DNA of 64,000 bases from an uncultured Armatimonadetes bacterium (lineage in GTDB: Bacteria > Armatimonadota > Fimbriimonadia > Fimbriimonadales > Fimbriimonadaceae): the NCBI GenBank assembly GCA_903833215.1, contig CAILEM010000125.1, forward strand, positions 10,743 to 74,742, in the 5' to 3' direction. Position 1 is the stretch's first letter. Each line of letters opens with the position of its first letter. The translations under genes and the position numbers were made by a program. Positions 27,602-35,500 of the stretch are shown here, piece after piece. The notes under the pieces are model-generated. The model made no database searches. It was not told the origin of the DNA and saw only the letters and a program-made list of their open reading frames with translations.

Positions 27602-28492
27602 GTGCAAGAATCAATGCAGACAGTCGAAATTACGGCTAAGACGGTAGTAGAGGCCACCAAAGCCGCCGCAGAAAAGTTAGGCGTTTCAAAAGACGCTCTA
27701 AAGGTCACAGTTCTTGAAGAGACTAAGGGTCTATTCGGGAAGAGCAGTGTGCGCATTCGCGCCGAGGTCGCTGAGTCGGCACCGGCTGTTGTCGAAGTTG
27801 CTGCACCCGCCCCAACGAAACCCGCCAAGAAGTCAGCTAAAGCTGCTAAAGCAGAAGTTGTAGCTCCGGCTCCAATCCCAGAACCAGAACCGGTTGTGGC
27901 GGAGCCTGTGGTGAAAGAACCCGCAAAGAAGGGCGGCAAAGGTAAGGCCAAAGCTGAACCGAAGACTGAAGAAGTCGTCGTCGAGGTTGCTGCCGAAGAG
28001 CCAAAGGCCGCTGAGCCAGAAACCGAAATCGTCGCAACCGCTGCGGACGGCGATCAGTTAACTGAGCTCGTTCGAGAGTTGCTGACAGCTGCAAATCTTC
28101 AAGTGAACGCGAAGACGGGTGAGATTGCAGGTCGCTACGTGAATATTCACCTAGACGGCAAAGATGCAGCTTTCTTAGTGGGCAAGCACGGCGAAGTTCT
28201 CAATGCGATGCAGTACCTCGTCAACATCATCGCGGGCCGCCGATTTGATAACGGCGTTCGAGCGACGTTGGACGGAAATGATTATCGTCGACGCCGTGAA
28301 GATGCTCTGACTCAGTTGGCGACGAAGATTGCCGACCAGGTTAAGCAGCGTGGCGAAGAAGCGGTTTTGGATGCACTTCCTGCATTTGAGCGACGGATCG
28401 TCCACAAGGCTTTGTCGACGTATGAGGGTATCTCCACCTACAGTGAAGGCGAAGAACCCAACCGACGCGTCGTTATTGCCCCGATCGATTGA
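27602..28492 (+). CDS. jag: RNA-binding protein Jag/KhpB (Jag_N, KH and R3H domains)
   Basis: 296 aa. Jag_N start (VEITAKTVVEATKAAAEKLGVSKDALKVTVLEE), an A/P/E/K low-complexity linker, then KH and R3H regions (ERRIVHKALSTYEGISTYSEGEEPNRRVVIAP). Sits downstream of yidC, the conserved position. Confidence 0.85.
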   Translation: MQESMQTVEITAKTVVEATKAAAEKLGVSKDALKVTVLEETKGLFGKSSVRIRAEVAESAPAVVEVAAPAPTKPAKKSAKAAKAEVVAPAPIPEPEPVVAEPVVKEPAKKGGKGKAKAEPKTEEVVVEVAAEEPKAAEPETEIVATAADGDQLTELVRELLTAANLQVNAKTGEIAGRYVNIHLDGKDAAFLVGKHGEVLNAMQYLVNIIAGRRFDNGVRATLDGNDYRRRREDALTQLATKIADQVKQRGEEAVLDALPAFERRIVHKALSTYEGISTYSEGEEPNRRVVIAPID

Positions 28493-28518
28493 TCTAAAGA
28501 CTGCGGAGACGTTAATCG

Positions 28519-29433
28519 ATGAAGCCGAGATCTTTGAGACCAGGCGACACGATTCAGCTCGTAACACCGGCGTCTCCTCTATCTGAAGACAAACTTGAAT
28601 TCATGACCCGCCTCTTGAATGAGGCGGGTTATCGCACAAAACTCGCTCCTCACGCCCTTTTGGCCGACGGCTATCTCGCCGGAACCGATCAACAGCGGGC
28701 AAGTGATCTCCAAGCTGCATTCGACGACCCAGATACGTCGGCTGTTTTATGTAATCGCGGAGGGTACGGATGCGCAAGGTTGCTCCCACTTCTCGATTTG
28801 GAGCGGATTGCTGCTTCTGGAAAGATGCTCATTGGATTCAGCGACATCACGGTCTTGCACTTGGCGCTGAACCGACTCGGTACACCCACAGTTCACGGTC
28901 CGATGCCTTTGACCCTGCACTACCCACGAGAGCCTTGGGTTTACGATTCCTTCCTGCGGGTGCTCAAGGGAGACCTGACGTTTCCCGTCGAGGCACCTCG
29001 TCCATCGACCGTCATTGGCGGTTCAGTTGAGGGCGAAACGATTGGCGGATGTATGTGCCTGATTACCGACTCCATTGGAACCCCTTGGGGTCTTGAGACT
29101 GAGGGCAAGATTGTCGTCATCGAGGATGTCGATGAAAATCCACATCGAGTCGATGCGATGTTTACGCATTTTGTGAACAGTGGCCTGGCAGGGAGAGCGG
29201 CTGGCTTTGTAATCGGCGAGATGACTCGAACCGATGAACGAGCCGACGAATCGATTGGCGCACGACCTTGGCGGGAGATCATCACCGAGCGATTAACCCC
29301 TCTTGGTAAGCCGCTTGTTATCGATTTCCCAATGGGGCACGCAAAGAATATGCTTACCTTGCCACTTGGTCTCCGGGCGCGTTTAGATGCAGATTCAGGT
29401 GAACTCACATTTTTGGAGCCGTTGTGCGCTTAA
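28519..29433 (+). CDS. LD-carboxypeptidase (peptidase S66, muramoyltetrapeptide carboxypeptidase-like)
   Basis: 304 aa. LRPGDTIQLVTPASP start, GYLAGTDQQRASDLQAAF, the nucleophile context IGFSDITVLH, and C-terminal FPMGH. Confidence 0.8.
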   Translation: MKPRSLRPGDTIQLVTPASPLSEDKLEFMTRLLNEAGYRTKLAPHALLADGYLAGTDQQRASDLQAAFDDPDTSAVLCNRGGYGCARLLPLLDLERIAASGKMLIGFSDITVLHLALNRLGTPTVHGPMPLTLHYPREPWVYDSFLRVLKGDLTFPVEAPRPSTVIGGSVEGETIGGCMCLITDSIGTPWGLETEGKIVVIEDVDENPHRVDAMFTHFVNSGLAGRAAGFVIGEMTRTDERADESIGARPWREIITERLTPLGKPLVIDFPMGHAKNMLTLPLGLRARLDADSGELTFLEPLCA

Positions 29434-30854
29434 GTTTGGGACTGGCACTTCTGGGGCTAGTGTGTGCGGCACCAGGTCAAACCGCCAAGGTCCAGGCTTG
29501 GGAAAAGCCGATTTCTCCAGGACTGGTATATCGAATGGAGGTCGACAGTGCGACCCCATTGATCGTTCATGCTTTGCGATTTAGCTTGAACACTCCCGGC
29601 CTCCGTGTTATTCCTGAATTGGCAGGCCATACCGTTAACGAAGAAGGCACGGTGAAGGGCAGATTGACTCCAGCACAGATGGCGACTCAGTCTTCGGCGA
29701 TCGCAGCCATCAACGGTGACTTCTTTTCTTTCACGCAAGGTGCCCCGGTTGGATTGATGATTCGTGAAGGTGAACTCCTGACGACGCCTATCCGATCGAG
29801 AGTTACGTTCGGTTGGGGGCCAAAGGATTCTGGAATGGGTATGTGCTCCATCTCCGCCAGCATCACTCCTGATGGTGGGTCGTTGACACCTGTAGATGAA
29901 GTGAACCAGCCATGTGGGCCGAACCAGTTGGTTATTTACACTCCCGCGGAAGGCACTGCAACGACCACCATCCCTCACGTTTCTGTGATGATATCGATGG
30001 GATCGGCACCATGGGCACCCAGCACGATCCTGCAGGGCACGGTGGAAAGTGTCTTATCAGAGGGTTCTACAGCGAAGGTTCCAGAGGGGAAGGCGATATT
30101 AGTGGCATCGGGAGACAAAATGCCGCTGATCTCTTCATTCCAACCGGGGCAGAAACTAAGTATTCAACTTCAAACGCTTGGTTTCGATTGGGAGAAAATC
30201 GAAAACGTCATTGGGGGTGGCCCGGTCCTCGTCCGCAGTGGAAAGTTAGCCGTCGACGCAGAAGAAGAAGGCTTTCCCGCATCGTTCTCCACCAAGCGTC
30301 ATCCCCGTACGGCGATTGGAAGAACCGCATCCGGCGATATCTGGATGGCGGCGATGGATGGTCGGCAAGAAATTAGCGCTGGAGCGACTCTTGAGGAGAC
30401 CGCCCGAGTAATGTTGCGCCTTGGCTGTGTTGACGCCGTAAACCTCGACGGAGGTGGCTCCACGTGCCTATTTCTACTGGGAGTTACGGTCAATCGCCCG
30501 AGCGATGGGGCCGAAAGGCCAGTGTCGAACGGGATTTTGGTCTTCGGTCCGAAAATGTCGAACCACACCGGTGAGCTAAAAATCGTGATTCCCCCTAAAA
30601 TTCTGTTGACCGGTAAAACCAACGCCAAGCTCACCCTGAATGGAGAGCCAGTGCCGAACGCCGATGTCATCTGGGGAGCCCAAGGTGCCTCTTGGATCGA
30701 TCAAGGTGGAGACCTTCACTCGCTTGAACTCGGAAAGACAAGGCTGAAGGCCTACGCCTACGGCAAAGTGCTTACGGCCGACATCACTGTCGTCGAGAAG
30801 GTTGCGCCCGTTCGACGTCGTCGGGGCGCGAAACCGCCGAAAAATAACGGCTAG
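29424..30854 (+). CDS. Phosphodiester glycosidase family protein (DUF2233-like) with a C-terminal Ig-like domain
   Basis: 476 aa with a signal peptide. Motifs AINGDFF, GGGPVLV, PRTAIG, LDGGGST. Confidence 0.7.
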   Translation: MRLSLGLALLGLVCAAPGQTAKVQAWEKPISPGLVYRMEVDSATPLIVHALRFSLNTPGLRVIPELAGHTVNEEGTVKGRLTPAQMATQSSAIAAINGDFFSFTQGAPVGLMIREGELLTTPIRSRVTFGWGPKDSGMGMCSISASITPDGGSLTPVDEVNQPCGPNQLVIYTPAEGTATTTIPHVSVMISMGSAPWAPSTILQGTVESVLSEGSTAKVPEGKAILVASGDKMPLISSFQPGQKLSIQLQTLGFDWEKIENVIGGGPVLVRSGKLAVDAEEEGFPASFSTKRHPRTAIGRTASGDIWMAAMDGRQEISAGATLEETARVMLRLGCVDAVNLDGGGSTCLFLLGVTVNRPSDGAERPVSNGILVFGPKMSNHTGELKIVIPPKILLTGKTNAKLTLNGEPVPNADVIWGAQGASWIDQGGDLHSLELGKTRLKAYAYGKVLTADITVVEKVAPVRRRRGAKPPKNNG

Positions 30855-31121
30855 TTGAGACTTGCTTCCCTGACAGCGATTTCGCTAGGATAATGTCCTC
30901 GCAAGGCCATCGTAAGCACCAGGAGTCTCGTCACGCGGAGGGTTCCGGAAAAGGAAAGAAAGCACCCAGCGGTGTGAGAGTCCTTACCCAACCTGTAATC
31001 AGAACAAATCGTAGGAACGTACGAGAGCCGGTCCGCGAATGAATTCGGCAGGAACGGCAAGCCATTTCGGCAGCAAGAACCAAGTGTTGCTTGTCGACGA
31101 AAATCAACGACTTTCGAATAA

Positions 31122-32357
31122 CTAAGCCTTAAACACGTCAACAGGCGAAAACGAATTGCCGAGGACGGTTTGAGGGTCGCCTCCCATCCATTTTTCGAGG
31201 GTCGCCGCATAGACTTCCCGGAAGTCGTGGGTGTGAGGGATATCTCCGTCTTTCAGGTTTTCGAGGTCGGGGATCGGGCCATGAAGGCCGCCCTTAATCG
31301 AGTTTCCGACGAGGAACATGGGAGCTGCTGCTCCATGATCTGTTCCCAAACTCGCATTTTCCTGAGCACGCCGTCCGAATTCGGAAAATACGAGCGTGAC
31401 GACCTTATCGGCTTTTCCTATCGCTTCCATTTCTTTCTGGAACGTCCCGATCGCATTGCCGAACTGCTGAAGGAGTCGTTGGTGGGTCTCGACCTGACGC
31501 GCATGAGTGTCAAAGCCACCAGCTTGGAAATACACCACACGAGTTGCCGGTGAAGAGGCGATAAGTTGAGCAATCTGCTTAAAGCCGCTACCAAAGGAGT
31601 CAGTTCCATATGTCGATTGGGATTTATAGCCCGCAAGCTGTTTTTGGAGGATGCTGACGGCATCGAGCGCGGATTTGCTCGCGTTCTGAACGGCTCGGGT
31701 CGGAGAACCTACCATTGCATCCGCCCCCTGGATGTCCCGCAGCATCCTCTCCGCATCAGGATCGCCAATCATATTCCTCAAGTCGGCGAGGCTGGCAAAG
31801 CAGGGAATACTGGAACTCTGCCCCGCGAGCGCCAACGGCTGCTCTGTAGAAAGGCCCAGAGCGACAACGGGGTTAAGCGAATGGTGACTCAGCTGTTCGT
31901 CAAAATGGCGACCAATCCAACCATATCGGAGTTTGCTGTCGGGACTCGCAGATTGCCAAATCTCCATGCTCTTGAAGTGGGATCGATTCGGTTCCGGATA
32001 ACCGACATTCTGTATAACGGCCACCTTGCCCTGATGATAGAGTTCGGCCAAGCCTGTAAGTCCAGGGTTGAAGCCCATCTCGGCGCTAATCTTAAGGACC
32101 TTGTTCTCCGGGATGCCAATCATGGGCCGGAGTTTGTAGTAAGCCCTGCTGGCGTATGGAACGACCGTATTCAGTCCATCGTTTCCACCTGACAGTTGGC
32201 AAACGACGAGCACCGTGTCTCCCGTTGGGTTGCCACCTTTGGCTTGACGGAGCACATCCGCCTTGGCGATCGAGGAAAGCCACTTCGGAGCTACAAGTCC
32301 GACAGCGATCATTCCGCCACCTTTTAACACTTCTCTTCGACTTAGCGCATTGCTCAT
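31122..32357 (-). CDS. DUF1501 domain protein (sulfatase-fold, Tat-exported)
   Basis: 411 aa. Twin-arginine leader MSNALSRREVLKGGGMIAVGL. DUF1501-type blocks LSGGNDGLNTVVP and VGYPEPNRSHFKSMEIW, plus TDHG near the C-terminus. Confidence 0.75.
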   Translation of the reverse strand: MSNALSRREVLKGGGMIAVGLVAPKWLSSIAKADVLRQAKGGNPTGDTVLVVCQLSGGNDGLNTVVPYASRAYYKLRPMIGIPENKVLKISAEMGFNPGLTGLAELYHQGKVAVIQNVGYPEPNRSHFKSMEIWQSASPDSKLRYGWIGRHFDEQLSHHSLNPVVALGLSTEQPLALAGQSSSIPCFASLADLRNMIGDPDAERMLRDIQGADAMVGSPTRAVQNASKSALDAVSILQKQLAGYKSQSTYGTDSFGSGFKQIAQLIASSPATRVVYFQAGGFDTHARQVETHQRLLQQFGNAIGTFQKEMEAIGKADKVVTLVFSEFGRRAQENASLGTDHGAAAPMFLVGNSIKGGLHGPIPDLENLKDGDIPHTHDFREVYAATLEKWMGGDPQTVLGNSFSPVDVFKA

Positions 32358-32475
32358 CTTTGGTAAATCCTAGTATCCGCCGAAAGGGTCATGTTTGCCT
32401 AGGTGCCGAAACTACAACCGTTCGAGAGGAGACGATCTGCTGGTGTCGATGTTCAGTCGTAGGTAATCTTCTGCA

Positions 32476-32895
32476 TTGATGGGTACGTCAAAGGTCTGGA
32501 TGCCATATGTTGCTGCCGGCCTCTTGGCGAGCCTTACGATTCGAGTTTTTTTTGAATTGCAAGACTACGGGCCTGAGAGTGCGATCCGCCGATTTTCAGA
32601 GTCGATCAGCCACGATAACCTTTCGGAACTCGAAGCGGTAACGGTAACGAAGGAATTGAGCTCCAAGGAAAAGGCGATGGTTGCCCGTTTGGCTAACTGG
32701 CATCACCTCCGAGTTTCGATGCAAGTTGGGAGAATCGAGCGAACGGGAACTGAATCGAGGGCGGCCGTTGTTTTCTCTTATCCATCCGGAAATTCTTGGG
32801 GAACAGTTTGGGTTGTACAAAGAAGCGGGAAAGAGTGGCGGGTCAATGTCAACAAGACAGCAACGATCTTTTGGGATTCGGTGCCGCCTCAGTAA
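32476..32895 (+). CDS. Hypothetical membrane-anchored small protein (NTF2/DUF4878-like architecture)
   Basis: 139 aa. N-terminal TM helix (VWMPYVAAGLLASLTI). Ends in WVVQRSGKEWRVNVNK. Confidence 0.5.
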   Translation: MMGTSKVWMPYVAAGLLASLTIRVFFELQDYGPESAIRRFSESISHDNLSELEAVTVTKELSSKEKAMVARLANWHHLRVSMQVGRIERTGTESRAAVVFSYPSGNSWGTVWVVQRSGKEWRVNVNKTATIFWDSVPPQ

Positions 32896-32907
32896 TTCCC
32901 CGCACCA

Positions 32908-33366
32908 TTGAGGTTAAATATGAGTTCGATGAAGCAGTCAGGCCGCGTTAGCCTTTTAGCCCTCGGCAGTCTCGTCTGCGTTGTAGTGATCACAGTGCTG
33001 TTGATTTTCAGCCGTGAATCTCCAGCGGCTGCGGGCACCCGATTTATGGCCGCGCTACAGGATCACGATGTGAATACTTTGACGAAAATGTCAAAGATGG
33101 ACAAACTCTCAGAAGATGAAATTCGAAAGCAGTGGGATTTCGCGGTCAATACGGCCGAGAAGTACTACCAGTTCGCATTCAAGATCGAGGGTGCGGCTCA
33201 AGCCGATGGGAAGACAGCATCTGTCAAGGTCCGAATGATCAAGGATGCCGACAAGCCGGGAGCCTTCGACACGATGTGCGAGTTGCCTATGGTCAAAGAT
33301 GGAGAAGACTGGAAAGTCGATGTTAGAGGCTTGAGTCGAGAGTTCTATAACTGCCTTCCTCGCTAA
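32908..33366 (+). CDS. Hypothetical membrane-anchored small protein, same architecture as its upstream neighbour
   Basis: 152 aa. N-terminal TM helix (LLALGSLVCVVVITVLLIF). Ends in MVKDGEDWKVDVRG. Confidence 0.5.
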   Translation: MRLNMSSMKQSGRVSLLALGSLVCVVVITVLLIFSRESPAAAGTRFMAALQDHDVNTLTKMSKMDKLSEDEIRKQWDFAVNTAEKYYQFAFKIEGAAQADGKTASVKVRMIKDADKPGAFDTMCELPMVKDGEDWKVDVRGLSREFYNCLPR

Positions 33367-33426
33367 TCGTTTGGCAACTATCAATTTGAGGCAAGCCGCT
33401 TTTCCGCGATTGCCTGTTACAATAGT

Positions 33427-34755
33427 TTGCACATGGGGCATTCCGAAGGTCTTTCCGACGTGATGGAAGCCTTGCGCGTGCTTGCTTCCATATTTCTTAT
33501 CCTCGGAAGTGCCTTTTTTGTCGCGGCTGAGTATTCACTCGTTGGGTCACGTCGCGGCAAGGTAGAGGCGATGGGCAAGCGAGGCAAAAAGCATGCCAAG
33601 GGGCTTGCGAAAGCCCTTGATGACATTTCCCCCTATGTCGCAGCGACTCAAATTGCGATCACCATGCTTGGTATTGCGATTGGTTCGTTTACCGAGCCAT
33701 ACGTAGCGCATGTGTTGGGAAGCTATCTAGGATCGCTCAACGAATCGGCCGTAAAGGCAATTTCCTATATCGTCGTTGTCTTTGTGCTCCTTGTCGTAGG
33801 GGAGCTTTGCCCGAAGTATTTGGCACTACGGCATGCCGACCGCGTCGCTTTGTTCATGTACCGCCCATTGGTGGTTATCGTCGCGGTGCTTCGACCTTTG
33901 ATTTGGTTGGCTCAATCAACGGCAGGGCTGATTCTAAAGCCTTTCAAAGTTGAAATTCGGCAAAGTCGGTCCGACGCCATTCCGAAGGAAGAGTTGTTGA
34001 TGCTCGTCCAAAGCGGAGGGGCATCAGGCATTCTCGACAAACACCAGGCGGATATGGTGAGCCGTGCATTGCGTCTTGACGTCCTGGATGCACGCGATAT
34101 CATGATCCATCGGCTTGATATCAAGTGGTTGGACGCTTCCATTAGCAAAGTCGACCTGCTTGCCAAACTAAAGAACATTCCCTACAGTCGAATGCCCGTA
34201 TGCCGAGGAGATATTGATGATCTCGTCGGAGTGGCCTATCTGCATGACATCGTCAAGCATCTAGACGACGAACAATTCAGTCTTGAGAAGTTTGTTCGGC
34301 CCGTCGTCTCGGTCCCAGAGAACTTAACGATGGCAAAGATTCTCGAGATGATGCGAGTCGAGAAGACTCAGATGCTCATTGTTAGTGACGAGTACGGCGG
34401 AACGAGTGGGTTGGTCACCCTCGAAGATGTGGTGGAAGAGGTATTCGGAGAGTTGGAGGACAGGCTTGAAAGCGAGAGAACTCCCATCGAGCGCAATCCA
34501 AACGGAAGAGTTTCTGCTAAGGCCAGTGTACGCATCGACGAACTTGTTGCCGCCCTCGACCTAAACCTCGATATTGGGGAAGATACCGACACCCTGGCCA
34601 CAATCATGATCAACGCGCTCGGAAGCGTCCCTCGGACCGGTGATAGTGTTGCGACACATCTTGGGCTCATGCGAGTGGAGAATATGGCGCGAAGGCGAAT
34701 CAGCCGAGTGAGCATCCAGCTCTTACCCGAGCTTTGGCAAACGCCTGAATCCTAG
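33427..34755 (+). CDS. Hemolysin-family / CNNM (DUF21) - CBS pair - CorC_HlyC domain protein
   Basis: 442 aa. DUF21 start FFVAAEYSLV, a CBS region, and a C-terminal CorC/HlyC transporter-associated domain. The real start may be the internal Met at 33463. Confidence 0.8.
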   Translation: MHMGHSEGLSDVMEALRVLASIFLILGSAFFVAAEYSLVGSRRGKVEAMGKRGKKHAKGLAKALDDISPYVAATQIAITMLGIAIGSFTEPYVAHVLGSYLGSLNESAVKAISYIVVVFVLLVVGELCPKYLALRHADRVALFMYRPLVVIVAVLRPLIWLAQSTAGLILKPFKVEIRQSRSDAIPKEELLMLVQSGGASGILDKHQADMVSRALRLDVLDARDIMIHRLDIKWLDASISKVDLLAKLKNIPYSRMPVCRGDIDDLVGVAYLHDIVKHLDDEQFSLEKFVRPVVSVPENLTMAKILEMMRVEKTQMLIVSDEYGGTSGLVTLEDVVEEVFGELEDRLESERTPIERNPNGRVSAKASVRIDELVAALDLNLDIGEDTDTLATIMINALGSVPRTGDSVATHLGLMRVENMARRRISRVSIQLLPELWQTPES

Positions 34756-35471
34756 GTTGGTTGAGCGTCGTAGAGCATTCTCAATCGGATCGCTATCGCC
34801 ACCGCGTGATCGGCGATGTGCTCTAGAGCGTGAAATGCCTCGATTGTTCGAACAAGGTGGGCCGTCGCATCGGGGTTTCCCTGAATCAATGTGAAAACCT
34901 TGTTGCGTGCTTGTGAATAGGCCGTGTCGATTTCTTCATCGGCATGGATGATGTCCTCGGCAAGCTCAGAGGAGTACGCCGAGTAAAGACGGATGCTGGC
35001 ATTGAACGATTTTCGAGATGCCTCACCCAGTTCCATGAGGGCAACGCGCATTTCTGCGGGAAATTGCCCTGACAATTTGGTCGCCCGCCTCGCGAGTTTC
35101 ACCGCATCGTCACCTACTTTCTCAATCTCGCCGACGACACCGAGAGTTGAAATCAGAAACTTCAGGTCCGCCGCAACAGGTGATTCCTGCATCACAACAA
35201 TGACCGTTTTGTTCACTGCGCTGCGTTCAAATTCGTCAACGCGATCATCGGCATCAATGACGCGTTTGGCGAGTTCCAGATCACCGTTGATGGTAGCTTC
35301 AACGGCTTGACGTACCATCTCATTGGCGTCGCCGCCCATACGGATGACATCTGACCGAATTTCATCCAGTCGTTCTCGGAATCGGTGTCTAAGGTTCACA
35401 GGCAATCTTCTATTCGACGGCGAATATCGCAGAATCATTATGTCGAGTGGCCAGTTCTGGTTGCTGAACAC
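34752..35471 (-). CDS. phoU: Phosphate signalling complex protein PhoU
   Basis: 239 aa with two PhoU repeats (ADDRVDEFERS.. and ADEEIDTAYSQ..). The start may be the internal Met at 35438. No pst genes are adjacent. Confidence 0.8.
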   Translation of the reverse strand: MFSNQNWPLDIMILRYSPSNRRLPVNLRHRFRERLDEIRSDVIRMGGDANEMVRQAVEATINGDLELAKRVIDADDRVDEFERSAVNKTVIVVMQESPVAADLKFLISTLGVVGEIEKVGDDAVKLARRATKLSGQFPAEMRVALMELGEASRKSFNASIRLYSAYSSELAEDIIHADEEIDTAYSQARNKVFTLIQGNPDATAHLVRTIEAFHALEHIADHAVAIAIRLRMLYDAQPT

Positions 35472-35500
35472 CTAATTTTGCGTACACTTGTGGGGAAGTA

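Noticed and set aside
27580-27951. 123-aa minus-strand ORF rich in A/G/S/T
   Set aside because: It is the reverse complement of the low-complexity A/P/E/K linker of jag, an artefact of repetitive codon content.
30936-30970. Possible SRP (4.5S) RNA domain IV because of the ..AGGGUUCCGGAAAAGGAAAGAAAGCACCC.. segment
   Set aside because: It resembles the AGGUCCGGAAGGAAGCAGC core only with several inserted bases. The apical loop would be a hexaloop rather than GNRA. The internal loops do not match the symmetric/asymmetric pattern, and the helix is too short. Kept only as a generic hairpin in the gap finding.
30851-31210. 119-aa minus-strand ORF spanning the long convergent gap
   Set aside because: It overlaps the DUF1501 3' end in another frame and is Arg/Leu/Ser-rich, so it is probably not coding.
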